In this document: positions 29,493 through 43,401 of the stretch, in pieces
Layout: each line of letters begins with the position of its first letter
How positions within the stretch are numbered: position 1 is the stretch's first letter
NCBI GenBank assembly: GCA_964016885.1
Contig: OZ024740.1
Coordinates: forward strand, 233,740,001-233,804,000
Origin: Eledone cirrhosa
Lineage: Eukaryota
DNA: 64,000 nt
Direction of reading: 5' to 3'
The notes under the pieces: generated by a model
The model's database searches: none
What the model was told of the DNA's origin: nothing
Seen by the model: the letters and a program-made list of their open reading frames with translations, nothing else
Position numbers and translations under genes: made by a program

Positions 29493-29497
<5 letters not shown>
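28398..29497. mobile_element. Retrozyme-like family H: about 530-bp monomers in inverted orientation
   Basis: atgaatgacgtaaaataag at 28398 and 28927; 28966-29497 is a circularly permuted inverted monomer. HHR-like motif on - at 28452-28534 and on + at 29245-29327. Confidence 0.75.
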
Positions 29498-29553
<56 letters not shown>

Positions 29554-30109
29554 TATTATTGTAGTTGTTGTTATCAAACTATAATGAATTATAGTAAATA
29601 TACGACAATGTTCAAGTTACGATCCTTTTTATTAAGGAATATTCATATTTCAATATTAGCCATTATGCTTGGTTTGGAAGAATATATAAGACTAACTAAC
29701 GTCCAAGAGCTTTATAATCTCATAAAGAACTAATAAGTAAATATGAAAGACGTGTATGCTCAAATTATTTTACTATTTCTCATTATCACAAACGTGCGTT
29801 GAAAAAATTAACTAAGATTAACATAATACTAAACAATTCGTAATCCGCTCAAAGGTTCTAAATATTGATTGCTTATTTAGATATATAGCTGATTAATAAA
29901 GCTTTAACGAAACGGAAATGCTAAGCGAACTGAACTACTGGGCGGCTAGTTCAAAAAAGACCAAAATGCATAGTATTCTGAGGAGTGGTGGTGTGGGCAA
30001 GAGGGAGAAAGGAGATAGATATAGAAGTTAAACAGACAGAAGTGAAAGTATGCTGGTGTGTTTAACAAATTTAGAACTGTATTTCATTTGACATTGTGAA
30101 CATTCTTAC

Positions 30110-30773
30110 CGATATCATTGCTGTCCATAATCAAATACGAATGATTCCAGTGACCAACATTTCTATAGAACAACTGACCATTCTCCCTCTTCTGTACATT
30201 AAACAATGAAAATGCCCCAGAAATATCACCATACTTGTTAAACTCAATAAACCCAGTTTGACCGTCAAATTTAGTTTGCTTTATCATTTCAAATATTTCT
30301 TTGTTAGAAATATACCTCTTCGTGCAGGGACCGTTGCTGCATAGTAATTTATGCAGTGCATGCGCTATGACATAAACAGAGTCTAATACGAATGGTACTT
30401 TCTTCAGCATGAAAGGGTGGAACAATTCTTTAGATCTTACACTAGATTTAAAACGATGAAGACATATTTCCTGTTGATTCATTTTATGCATCTCATCGTG
30501 TGTCCACTCCGCTTGATTTTGTTGTGTATCATTAACCGTAGAACAAATATGCTTAATAATGAGAAATTCTTGAAACCATGTATCGAGTTCTGTAAGTTCT
30601 TTCAAAGCCCGGTTCTCCAAATATGATTGATAACCTACTGGTGCTTTGGAATAAGGACGTAGACCCAATGTTCCTTCTATAATACTGACGTCAAGATCCA
30701 ATATCCTTTTATCCAATGTCCAACTCTCAGATGCGAAGAATGTAATGTCCGAAAAATTGAAATCCTGAAATAT
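30110..30773 (-). CDS. Class C GPCR exon 6 (Venus flytrap domain)
   Basis: FFASESW, FVLDSVYVIAHALHKLLC, FDGQTGFIEFNKYGD, VGHW; cag/gtaag boundaries. Confidence 0.95.
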
Positions 30774-31016
30774 CTGCAGAACAGAGAAAAGAAAAAACAA
30801 ATAAATAGATGTCACGAATATTGGTTACAATTTAACTCAATACTGTGATTCAATACTTTAGGTGTGGCGAACAATGGAACGGAGTAACTAGATTTCTTTC
30901 CGGGGCATATTAATGACATAATTAAAAACAAACCGCATCGTAGCAGTATATACTCATTTGTTTAAAATGTACATAGACATTATTATATTAACATCAATTT
31001 CAGTGTTTATTTACAA

Positions 31017-31884
31017 TCTATATATATATATTACTAAAATTCTGTGATTGCTTGCTTGCTTGTCTGTAATATAATTGTTTCTACTTTAGGCACAAGGCCA
31101 GCAAATACCCAGTACATTACTGGTACTTTATTTTATCGACCCCGTAAGAATGAAAGGCAAAGTCAACCTCAGCGGGATTTGAACTCAGATCGTAAAGGGA
31201 CGTAACTATGCTGGAAAGCATGGCGTCCGACCCTCTACCGATACTGCCAATCCACAGCCAAAAGGGCGCATAATGGGAAAATACTTTGAAAGGAAGTTGA
31301 CCCTGAAATGGGAATACAAATGGAATAAAACAAGTTTCGCGTAAATCGAAGCACGAGATATAGGGTTTTCCTGGTACTTTCAGAAACTGAGAGAGAGATA
31401 AGGATAGAGAGGAAGAGATACTGGTTGTGACAGAGTAGATTGAAAGAGAGACATAGAGAGAGGGAGAAGAGACAGAGAAGGAGAATGGAAGAGAGAAAGC
31501 TGGGGATGTTGTTGTGTATATATATATGTGAATGTGTGTATATATATATATATATATATATGTTAATGTGTGTATATATATATATGTGTGTGTGTATATG
31601 TGTGTGAGTGTCTATGACCAATGTATATAAATCACATACACCCACATATATATATACACACACACACATACACACACATATATATATATGTATACACACA
31701 TTTATATATATATATATATATACATACACACACGTATATATATATATATGGGCCTTCCAGTTTCATTTCACATTATATATATGTCTGTGTATATTTTAAT
31801 TATTTAAAAATTATTTTTAAGTGATCATGATTTAAAAAAAATATGTTGAAGTAATCGTGACCCGACGGGTCACGGGTGGTCTAG
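31017..31884 (+). mobile_element. Non-autonomous Helitron-like element with nested SINE B (31072-31255, -)
   Basis: A|TCTATATA..(ttgc)n 5' end; hairpin cgtgacccg-a-cgggtcacg followed by CTAG|T. Confidence 0.6.
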
Positions 31885-32547
31885 TATATATAAATTAAAT
31901 ATCAGGGATGTTGAAATTACCAAATTGGTAGAGGGACAACCAAAATTACTTGCAGTATTTAGCTATATTTTTCATTTCACATTATATATATGTCTGTGTA
32001 TATATTTTCACATTATATATATGTCTGTGTATATATTTTCACATTATATATATGTCTGTGTATATATTTTCACATTATATATATGTCTGTGTATATATTT
32101 TTCATTTCACATTATATATATGTCTGTGTATATTTTAATTATTTAAAAATTATTTTTAAGTGATCATGATTTTAAAAAATACGTTGAAGTAATCGTGACC
32201 CGACGGGTCACAGGTGGTCTAGTATATATAAATTAAATATCAGGGATGTTGAAATTACCAAATTGGTAGAGGGACAACCAAAATTACTTGCAGTATTTAG
32301 CTATATTTTTCATTTCACATTATATATATGTCTGTGTATATATTTTCACATTATATATATGTCTGTGTATATTTTAATTATTTAAAAATTATTTTTAAGT
32401 GATCATGATTTAAAAAAAATATGTTGAAGTAATCGTGACTCGACGGGTCACGGGTGGTCTAGTATATATAAATTAAATATCAGGGATGTTGAAATTACCA
32501 AATTGGTAGAGGGACAACCAAAATTACTTGCAGTATTTAGCTATATC
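31760..32547 (+). repeat. Triplicated Helitron 3' end plus downstream flank
   Basis: Hairpin-CTAG ends at 31884, 32222 and 32462; unit length varies with a roughly 32-bp subrepeat. Confidence 0.8.
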
Positions 32548-33539
32548 CATTTGCAATTAATGTTTACATCCCATCGGAGTACTTTTCGCTTTTCACCTCT
32601 CTAGCAGTAGATGAAATTATAGCGACTAGCGCCACCTTGCCCGGGGAGAAAAAACTAATTGGAGTTACTTCCCCGTGGCCAGTATATAAGGGAGTGTTCT
32701 GACGTCACTCAACCTCTCTTGCTCACTCACTCTCTTTTTGGCGGCTTTTCTCAAACTGATCAGATCGAGCGCAAGCATGCTAACCCTTCTCCAACCACAT
32801 CTCATGGTTCAGGATTATACCTCGTTATGCCACGAGGATATTTGTTTACCACGTTTGTAACATGGACTACAATAAATGCAAGTTATTTTTGATACTCGTT
32901 TTGAGAAACTTGTTACGCTTTCAGTCATTACTTCCTGTAGTGAGAGATAATTCTCACACGGCATGATATTGTATGAAAATTCTCCTATCTCATATTTCTA
33001 TTAAAATTTAGTAGTTGGGATCCGGTGGTACTTACTGGAGTAAGTAACCCTGGGACCAGCTCACTAAAAATGGTGATCTGCGAATACGCAGCAAAACAAA
33101 TTCACTCATTCAATAGCGTATAAAAGTAGTGATAAATATTTACATACTCTATTACAACTTATTGCTACACACATATTGCTAAATACTCCACTAAAATGGT
33201 AAACCCAGCAGCTACACAGAAAAAAAAAAAATTATTCACGACTCCAGGAAATTCGTTTTATTTCAGTTAGTTCGTGTGGAGCGAACAAAAGAATAGAAAA
33301 CAAATTTTTTGTCCCTCGTGTCGTCGATTCAACCAAGCTTTCGTCTTGAAGTCGCCATCTTACTTGTTCGGTGCTACATCTTACTTCAGCTAGTCATGGT
33401 ACAACCACATATGTATATAATTTTGAAAATACAGCTAATTTTTTGCTTTCAAATGTGTTGTCGTTGATTGGTTCATGAAAGTTAAACCACGTGTGCGGCA
33501 GTTGGAAAAAAATTTCGCTCAGCGGCTACTGTGTTCATC

Positions 33540-34304
33540 ATGAGCAATTCTTCGTTACCGACATATTCTGGTGGTGCAAAGTTGTGGTTTGCACAACTAG
33601 ACTCGTATTTTGCTGCCCACCGCGTTCAAGCGGCACAACAAAGATTACACGTGCTCATAAGGGGAATTCCTGCATCGCTCGCAACCTCAGTGAACGACAT
33701 AATCACAGATCCCCAACAAGGCACATCTTACGAAACCCCAAAGGCAGAAGTGCTCAGACGGAACAGCCGTTCGTCTGAGAGCAAATTTCGTTCCTTGTTG
33801 GAGGAGGAAAACCTGGGAGATAGAACCCCTTCTCAGTTTTTACGGCGCATCCGGGAACTGAGCGACTCAACAGCAGTGGACAACTGTTTCGTGAAACAAT
33901 TATTCTTCTCCCGTTTGCCAACAAATGTGCAGACCATACTGGCAAATATGGTCGACACCAGTTCTCTGAACCAAATTGCAGCCTCAGCGGATCGCACAAT
34001 GGAATTTTCTCGTGTGCCTACTTCGGCAGATTCACTCATCGCTTCTTCTACTGTTAAAACACAGCCTGCTTCACTTCGTGAGGACTCTATGCTGAGAGCC
34101 ATTGACGCGTTAACTCGTCAAGTGGCTAAACTGGGTCGGGAGCGAGCGCCATCTAGATGGCGTTCACGGAATCGGTCTCCTTCTCTTCATCGTCGCGCCA
34201 ACCTTCCCGCCAACAACTCGTCTTTGTGTTGGTATCACGTGCGTTTTCGTGAAAAGGCGAAACATTGTATTCAGCCCTGCTCTTTCGAGACCTCGGAAAA
34301 CTAA
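33540..34304 (+). CDS. gag: Gypsy gag with CHCC motif
   Basis: WFAQLDSYF, LGDRTPSQFLRR, CWYHVRFREKAKHCIQPC; ends in ggaaaac-taa, a likely -1 frameshift site. Confidence 0.9.
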   Translation: MSNSSLPTYSGGAKLWFAQLDSYFAAHRVQAAQQRLHVLIRGIPASLATSVNDIITDPQQGTSYETPKAEVLRRNSRSSESKFRSLLEEENLGDRTPSQFLRRIRELSDSTAVDNCFVKQLFFSRLPTNVQTILANMVDTSSLNQIAASADRTMEFSRVPTSADSLIASSTVKTQPASLREDSMLRAIDALTRQVAKLGRERAPSRWRSRNRSPSLHRRANLPANNSSLCWYHVRFREKAKHCIQPCSFETSEN

Positions 34305-36914
34305 AATTGGAGAGTCTGGGCACGGCAGACCTCTCCCTCATTAATTCTCCTTATCGTGCTTTCTTTATCAGAGACCGAGTTTCAAACAAATCATTTATGG
34401 TCGACACAGGATCTAGTTGCAGTATTTGGTCTCTTCGATTCAGCTCTACCAAGCCAAATTTTTCCGGCATTTCCTTGTACGCAATAAACCAGTCTCCTAT
34501 AAAAACTTATGGACAAATGTCTTTATCATTGGACCTAGCTTTGCGTCGAGATTTCAAACGGATTTTCGTCATTGCGGACCTACCTCATCCTATTCTCGGT
34601 GCTGATTTTTTACACCACTATTCACTGTTGGTAGATTTCAGGAAACATAAACTTGTGGATGGTACCACATCCTTATCTACGCCTGCTCGTAGGTCTACTG
34701 CTACTGTCATAAGTCCCGCGTGTTTCATAGCTGCCTCTGGAAACCAGTTTCATTCACTTCTTGCCTCGTTTCCCGAGTTAACTGACATTTCATTTAATCC
34801 GAATCAAGTAGTCCACTCGACCCGACATTTTATTACAACAACTGCTCCGCCTATTTTCTCTCGTCCACGTAGGTTGGCTCCTGACATGCTAAAGAAAGCC
34901 AGGGATGAGTTCGAACACATGCTTCAGCTTGGTCTTATACGACCGTCAAACAGCCCATGGGCATCTCCGCTTCATTTGGCTCGTAAGGGTGAGGTGGATT
35001 TTAGCCCTGTGGGAGATTATAGACGACTTAATGCTATCACTACAGCTGATCATTATCCTTTACCAAATTTACAGGATTTTTCATCCTTTCTACATGGATG
35101 CAAGATATTTTCTAAAATAGATCTGCTACGCGCTTACCATCAAATACCCATGCATCCAGAAGACATACCAAAAACAGCTGTGACCACCCCTTTTCGTTCT
35201 TTTGAATTTCTGTCGATGCCTTTTGGTTTGCGGAATGCCTCTAGTATGTTCCAACATTTTATCGAAGTCACGCGTGGATTGGATTTCGTGTTTGCTTACG
35301 TAGATGATCTCCTGATAGCCAGTGATTCAACTGAGCACCATCGTCAACATCTATCCCAGTTATTTCAACGTCTCCGATCGTACCAAGTCAGAATCAACCT
35401 AGCTAAATGTGTGTTTGGTACAGATTCACTGGAATTACTTGGACATCTTATAGATTCAGAAGGAATTCGACCTTTGCCATCTAAGGTAGAAGCGATTCAG
35501 CATATCGCACCACCAACATCCTTGAAACAATTACGTCATTTCTTGGGATTAATTAACTGTTATCGTCGTTTCATTCCTAACTGTGCGGACAAGTTGTTCC
35601 CCTTGACACAGTTTTTAAAAGCTGCGAAAAAGAAAGATGCTCCTATTTCACTTTCTTCCGATGCTTTGCAATCTTTTGAATCCGTCAAGTCTGAGATAGC
35701 TGAAGTTTCCTTCCTCGCACATCCTGTTGCAAACGCGAGACTTTCTTTATCTGTTGATGCATCCGACCATGCTGTTGGAGCAGTTTTGCAACATGCGATC
35801 GACCACCAGTTTCAACCACTGGCGTTTTTATCACGCCAACTAAAACCAGCAGAGCAACGTTACAGTACTTTTGACAAAGAGCTTTTAGCAGTTTATCTTG
35901 CTGTGAGACACTTCCACCATCTTCCCCCGCCGGGAAAGTCGGGAGTTCACGGTATTCAAAGACCATAAACCACTCACATTCGCTCTTCAAACCAAGTCCG
36001 ACAGATACTCTCCAAGGGCATACAGACATTTGGATTTCATCTCCCAGTGACTTGTATCGATGGTTTCTCTCGGTGGCCTGAAGCTTACCCCTAGTGGACA
36101 TAACAGCAGAGTCTGTTGCCCGAGCTTTCATTTCCAATTGGATTGCTCGCTTTGGTCTTCCTACTAAAATAACTACGGATCGTGGACGCCAATTTGAAGG
36201 TTCCTTATTTCGTGAAATATCACGACTCTTGGGTGCTCATCACATTCATATGACCAGCTATCACCCAGCCTCCAATGGAATGGTCGAGAGGTTTCAAGAC
36301 AGTTGAAAGCTGCACTTCGCGCTACTCCTGATCCGCAACGTTGGACCGAATTTTTGCCAATCGTGCTTCTTGGTTGTCGTTCTGCCATTAAGACAGATTT
36401 AGGTTTTTCTTCTGCTGAACTTCTTTATGGTACCACATTGTCTCTTCCTGGACAAATGTTAGCACAAGTGGATTCATCACATCTTGACCCAGCATCATAT
36501 GTCACCAGGATTCGTTCGTATTTCTCGGATCTTCCACCAATGAACCCTCGTGACCAGTCTATTTCTTCTGCTATCCCATCGGACATCTATACATGGACAC
36601 ATATTTTTATACGGAATGATTCCGTCAAGGGACCTCTTACGCCACCCTATAAAGGACCTTTTCGTGTGCTTTCGCACACACCAAAACACTTTACAGTGGC
36701 TGTCGATGGTCGAAAAGAGGTAATATCCGTTGACAGAGCAAAGAAAGCTTTCTCTGAAAGTCTCACATCATTGCCTGACATACCTCGCACATACACTCCC
36801 ACACAAACACCTTCACCTCTACCACAAACAACACATACCACACAACCATATAACACACGAAGTGGCCGAAAAGTAATATGGCCACGTCAACTCTCAAAAA
36901 CAATATACATCTAA
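34300..36914 (+). pseudogene. pol: Gypsy pol (PR-RT-RNase H-integrase), disrupted
   Basis: VDTGS, YVDD, VDASD, TDRGRQF, NGMVERF; frameshifts near 35920 and 36295; the integrase HHCC region is missing at about 36048. Confidence 0.9.
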
Positions 36915-37612
36915 CCCCTAGTGGCATTAAATTATTTGACTTTGAAAAATTTTGAACTTATTTTGAGCACTATTTTTTTGCTCACTTGTACTGTTTTGAA
37001 TTGTATTGTTCCAGTTACATTTTTCTGCATGCTTATTTCATACTTTGTTTCTGTTGCAAACCATTGTAATTTATGTACCTTTTGTTTTGCTTCGTCCTTA
37101 TCCCACGGCTCCTCGCTACAATGAATTTACGGTTATTATCGCCTATCGTCTGGAGGGGAGCCTTGTAGCGACTAGCGCCACCTTGCCCGGGGAGAAAAAA
37201 ACTAATTGGAGTTACTTCCCCGTGGCCAGTATATAAGGGAGTGTTCTGACGTCACTCGACCTCTCTTGCTCACTCACTCTCTTTTTGGCGGCTTTTCTCA
37301 AACTGATCAGATCGAGCGCAAGCATGCTAACCCTTCTCCAACCACATCTCATGGTTCAGGATTATACCTCGTTATGCCACGAGGATATTTGTTTACCACG
37401 TTTGTAACATGGACTACAATAAATGCAAGTTATTTTTGATACTCGTTTTGAGAAACTTGTTACGCTTTCAGTCATTACTTCCTGTAGTGAGAGATAATTC
37501 TCACACGGCATGATATTGTTTGAAAATTCTCCTATCTCATATTTCTATTAAAATTTAGTAGTTGGGATCCGGTGGTACTTACTGGAGTAAGTAACCCTGA
37601 GACCAGCTCACT

Positions 37613-37687
<75 letters not shown>

Positions 37688-37834
37688 CGTTTCTGAATTT
37701 GTTTAGCAAGATTCTTTATCTGAAAACGTGTGTTGAAACAGAAATTTATAAATTTATAAATTTATTATAATAAATTGAAGTGAAACCAACTGGTGCGTGT
37801 GTTTCTTATTGGCAACATGACCCTCCCAAAGTAT

Positions 37835-37974
<140 letters not shown>

Positions 37975-38180
37975 GATTATATTAATCGACTGTACCTCAA
38001 CATTTTTCACAGTATGAAATATATATACCTGGTAGAATTTTTTGCAACAAGCTGACACGTGTACAAGTATGGAACAATAAACGCGCAAACACAGATACAC
38101 TTACAAAAATAAGTCACTCAAATGTATATATAGATTGTACACAGTAGTGTAGTGAATGTTAGACGTTGTTTTCTGTAGTT

Positions 38181-38467
38181 TGTCATCGCCCCTTCCGCCC
38201 TCAGTCATCTCTAGTGCATGACGTCATCATCCCTTCCTTACTCAATCATCTCTAGTGTGTGACGTCATAGCTCTTTCTGCTTCAGTCATCTCTAATGCGT
38301 GACATCATTAACCCTTCCTTCATCAATCATCTCTAGTGTGTGACGTCATCACCCCTTCCTTCCTCAATAATCTTTAGTGAGTGACGTCATCACCAATTCC
38401 TTACTCCATCATCACTAGTGCGTGACGTTATCACCCCTTCCATCCTCAATCATCTTCAGTGTGTGAC
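38181..38467. repeat. About 41-bp minisatellite x7 next to a Helitron-like 5' end (-, 38505)
   Basis: Unit tgacgtcatcaccccttccttcctcaatcatctctagtgtg; the - strand at 38505 reads A|TCTATATATAAA..tctgtttgtcc. Confidence 0.75.
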
Positions 38468-40210
38468 GGAAGGACAAACAGACGTCGCTCAAATTTATAT
38501 ATAGATTATTAAGTATTAATATATTCACCGTATATTTACTGGTACTATTCAGTGATACTTTATATTTGTCAATTTGCTCAGTTGCTGACCACTTTTTACT
38601 GACTGTGGTGTACATCTATGGCCTTATCTTCGTAGCGCGACTTCACTATATCTGTTAGAAGCCAATCATTGGGTGGTTCTTAGAGACTATGACGTAATTT
38701 TTGATTTGGTCACATGTACTCTATATCAGGGTGAAAAAATGGCAGGGGAGTATATTTATATTACGACTATATAACAGTATTAGAATTTGGGGTTCCCCAA
38801 ACGTTTCTGAACCATAAAGTTTTCTACGTTTGAAAAGGTTTCGAAAACCCTGGCTTAGAGAAAATACCTTAGGATTACAGAATATTACGTATGTAAGATA
38901 GTGAGTTGAAAGCTTTGATTAACTAGGTTCATCCAAATATTTAAACATGTGTTTTAAATCTAAAAATAATAAATAAAGGAGATAATTCCAATAAAAACAG
39001 TAGATCGAAATTTGTGGGCAATATGGACAATTGGCTGAACGTTGAGTACTTATAAATACAGTGGGGGTATGCCGTACATGGAACACTACTTTATTTGTAT
39101 TTAATATATAGAGGGATTTCATGATTAGTTTTTCGCCCAGGTATTTTATTAATATTCCTCATCTGTATTCCCTCTATTTATATATGTGTGTGTTTGCATG
39201 CTGTGTATATGTGTGTGTGTGCGATCAGGTTTAGTCTAACAAACGGAACATAATATTCTACACATAGATGAAACCAGTTGGTGTTAAAGACTACCTATGT
39301 CTACTCGAAATGTGAGCGTCTATATTGTCAAAAAAATTGGATCAATTGTTTTCATCGGAGTTATATCTCTTGAGTGTTGTTTTAAATTTTAAACCCTTTT
39401 GGATAATCCCAGTTGTTCAAATCATTAACTTATATATGTAAAAGCCTAAACGATTTATATATAGAACTTTCACAACTGCTCATTATCTCACCGACAAGCG
39501 AAAAACACGATGTCCTTCTCAAGAATTTTTGAAATTCGAGAGCTAAAAGTAAGAATTCCAACATTTCGAAGTTAATTTTGGTCAAACAGTTACCGTATTG
39601 TAGTACCCCAATGTAAAGTAATATATGTTTTTCAGAAAACCTCTACATTATCTACCCAACCATTCCAATTCTAAGCAAAAAAAAGTGAACTTATCCTTGT
39701 CTCCATCCCCTACGACATGTGTGTGGGTACAATGAGCGATAGTTGACATCATAAACCATTTGATAAGCTAAATGTTAAGTAGCGTATTTTATTTTTAAGC
39801 ACTTATAAGTGCAATCATTCAATTCAAGGTTGTCTATGTTTTTTATTCCTAAACAGTACACACATTAATTCAACACATTCACTCGGTTAATGTTTTCTAG
39901 TCAAGAAATAATAGGTGTGTCTCAACTCTGCATAAAAGCTATCTGACCAAGAACTCAATTTTCCAAAAGTTTAATCTAATCTCCGGTTTTCATAAAATAA
40001 TTACACTATAATAATTAAACTTTTAACAGTAAATTTCCAAAATAAAGAAGCTATCAATGCGTAGATGTTAAAACTGCAAATGAAAAATGTTGAAGTTTAG
40101 GAGATATTATAGTCTAAAGATTTAGACAACACACAAATGAAACAAACAAGAAATAAGGTTCGGGATTGAATCTACAAACCAAGATAATGAAAATTAAATA
40201 AATATGTTAC

Positions 40211-40401
40211 CTTTAGCAGACGGTAAACTTCGTGTGGGGAAGCAAAGATGATAAAAACTTTGCTCTTTGATACAATTGGATTGCTGTCAATATATGCCAT
40301 AATATCTTCAGCAATCTGTGGTGCAGAATTATGACTGAATGTTTTTTTCATAGCAACTTTGATGTTCAATTTAGCAGCCTCATATTCCAGCAAAGACACA
40401 C
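40211..40401 (-). CDS. Class C GPCR exon 5
   Basis: tag|GVSLLEYEAAKLNIKVAMKK...SKVFIIFASPHEVYRLLK|gtaac; phases 1 and 0. Confidence 0.88.
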
Positions 40402-41176
40402 CTACATTATATAAAAATAAGAATATATATCCTGGACTCTTCGTCCATCTAGTAACATACAATGCAAAACGTTCTTACAATAAAGGTATTTGACGAGTGA
40501 AACAATATGATTTAATGAATATTTGCATTGTTATTTTTTCCTTGTATCTTCTATTAATGCTACACACTTTCTTCTCTTCTGAGATAGCCAGTTGAATATC
40601 TGATCTACCCAGGGCCCACTCAACCCATTCATCTCGATTCCTACCGTCACTTGCAATGTGTTTCACTGTCAAGATTTAGCACTAAACACCAATCGTAATC
40701 ATTCGTCGACAGAACTGCAACTTTACGGAACTATCATCATGACTTGGTTGAAGGAATCTGAAAACCCCATCAGCATTGCTTCACAATCACTCTCTTATAA
40801 AAAAAAATATTTGTTAGAATCATACTGCTACGCATTATATCCGATATTTTGATGACTCTGTCAATTCATCCTTTACATCTATTTAACGTCTCAGTTTATG
40901 GACTGAATTTACTTTCAATATTTTTCTTGACATCGTCTCATATGTATTGTTTTATGTCACCAGTGCTGTGTTGACATCATCACTTTATGACAGACCTTGA
41001 CTACACTGGTGTCTTGCTGCCTTCATTCTGTTACTGCTTACTGAGACTGAATAATATCCACAGTACTTCGTTGGGAACTATGGCTACGGATACGATGCTC
41101 TGTCCTTGGAAGACCTGGAACAATCCATGTTTTGGTTGTCCATAAACTAAACCGATTCGATTAGTGAACTACTTAC

Positions 41177-41286
41177 CGAGACGTCCGTAACTGGTATCAC
41201 TGGCAAGTAATGATACATATGTCCAATTTAAATGTAGAAGAATGTCAATCATTGCTCTCACTTGCATCCAGTCGCTTGGTACAAGC
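41177..41286 (-). CDS. Class C GPCR exon 4
   Basis: cag|RLVPSDWMQVRAMIDILLHLNWTYVSLLASDTSYGRL|gtaagt; not in the ORF track. Confidence 0.93.
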
Positions 41287-41363
41287 CTGAAGAAGGAAAA
41301 CACAAAAATACCTTACTTATAAGTACTTATAAGTATCTTAAAAGCTTCAATGTATGTCAAGAA

Positions 41364-41485
41364 TAATTGTTTCTACTTTTGGCACAAGGCCAGCAATTAT
41401 CCCAGTGCATTACTGATACTTTATTTCATCGACCCCGTAAGCATGAAAGGTAAAGTTAACCTCGACGGGATTTGAACTCAGACCG
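41364..41485 (-). mobile_element. SINE family B, truncated
   Basis: Matches the 3' half of family B. Confidence 0.8.
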
Positions 41486-43346
41486 TATGTCTAGATAACA
41501 CCTTAAAATATAACAAGGATTTTTTTCTGGAAGACTCGGTAATTATTCCCTTCAAAGATAGTAGCTGCTCTTTAGACTCCATTGACACACCCATGATCAA
41601 ACAGTTCCTGTCTAAACCTTCCCATTATTTTTTATATTCATCAAATCCTTTTTATGTATTTAAAGTGTAATTTGAAGTAGATTTGGCAAGTGTTTCTAAC
41701 AGACCGAATTTCAGCAGAGAGGCTCTCCGTTGGCTCATCATGTGCAAATGTAAATAAGGTATAGAGAATTTAATATGTTCTAACCTCCTAAACACATATG
41801 TAACACTTTGCAATACTATTAAACAACATCTTTAAAACAAGTTTCCCTTCATTGCACACATGTCTCTATATGATGCAAATATGAACTCAAGACCATTAAT
41901 CTTCATCGACCAATACCTTATCGTCTTTCGCAACCTTACCTTGGTACTGTTGAGATAGTTTTACACAGTGGAGACTGCTTCACAGAAATCAAGTTTCCAT
42001 GTCTGTAACAAACATACAACACACGCATCTGTGTCGAGAACTGTTCTTTTGGACACTCAAAAATTTAAATCCTTAACTTTATTTATATTAGAAAAAGAAT
42101 CGACAAACGATGTGCAATTAATTCTGATATGAATTATATTTTGTCTGAGTGTAAAGACAAAATAGATTGCCGCAGTCTCCTTGCTAGTTTTAGTTGTTCC
42201 TAGCCTTGCTAAAATTATTTTCAACTACAATATTTTATGAGTGTTTCGCTTGTTCGACAGAAAATAATATTTTGTCGGAATGTGAGACGAGGTGAGGGAA
42301 TATTGTAAGTTAGAAACAAAGGAAGGTTTAATAAGAGATGCAGTGGTTTAAGTTATGTGTGTTATGGGAAATTATCAGATAAGACGAACGAGAATTTTTA
42401 AACGTAGAGAACAAAAAACACAGTGCCCATGCTGACTCAGGGTTAGTCAGAGAAATAAGGAATCTTAGGATAGTGAGTTCAACTATAGCTTACATTGATA
42501 TTCATAATTATTTTGAATACAAATCAATAAGTGTGCTTCTCAATCGTTAGAAATAATAGCCATTTCTCTTATTCCTTAATAAATTCGGTATTTTCTTTAT
42601 TCTTATTTTGGTTTTCATGTTATGGAATAGGAACTAGACTTCTTGTATTCTTCATCTTGTAATTGTTTCGTTCTTTTCTTTAATAGCTTAGTATCTGATT
42701 TAATATCAATCTTGTTTTAGATTCGAGTATGTATATTATGTTTATTTTGTATTAATAATGACACTGAGATTTATACCTTTTATGTCGCCATTTGTTATAT
42801 CATATTTATATTTTTCATCATGGATTCATTTCGTTTTCACTTAATAAATTGGGTATTTTCTTTATTTTTATTTCTATTTTGGTTTTAAAGTTATGGAGTA
42901 AGAACTGGACTTCTTGTATTTTTCATCTTGTAATCGTTTTGCTAGTTTCCCTAATAGCTTAGGGATTATTTTTTCTTGACTATTAATTTGTTTTTTTATG
43001 TTACGTGGTAAAGCCTTGGCTTCCAGATGCGCGACATCACGTCATCTTGGGGGATTGTTTGAGGGTTAGTGATTGGGAAATATGGATGGTATCTAAGGTA
43101 GGCATTATGGAGGATGTCTTAGTTCTAATATAAACATTTAATTCATGATTGGCTTTGTTTATTAATGTGTTTTTTTACGAATTTTGAATCCTATAGTCTT
43201 GTCCACTAGATGTTTTGTTTTTTGTTGGCTTTGTTGTCTGTGTGTATTATTTGCGTATAGGACATCCAATGATTGCTTACGTTTGTTCTGGTTGTGTCTG
43301 CGTTCGGATTTGTATGTTTGACTGTTCTACTTGCTACTTGCTTGTA

Positions 43347-43401
<55 letters not shown>

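Larger units (their letters stand above)
32618..37615 (+). mobile_element. Ty3/Gypsy LTR retrotransposon, CsRn1-type, defective
   Basis: LTRs 32618-33068 and 37164-37615 with about 5 differences; PBS-like tggtga at 33071; PPT ggaggggag; gag, PR, RT, RH and IN in Gypsy order. Confidence 0.95.

Noticed and set aside
40475-40672. 65-aa ORF as a GPCR exon
   Set aside because: Exons 4 and 5 join in phase without it and it has no class C motifs.
42580-42965. About 265-bp diverged duplication (also a 180-bp one at 49170-49480)
   Set aside because: Real, but no identifiable motif or ORF; treated as ordinary decayed local duplication.
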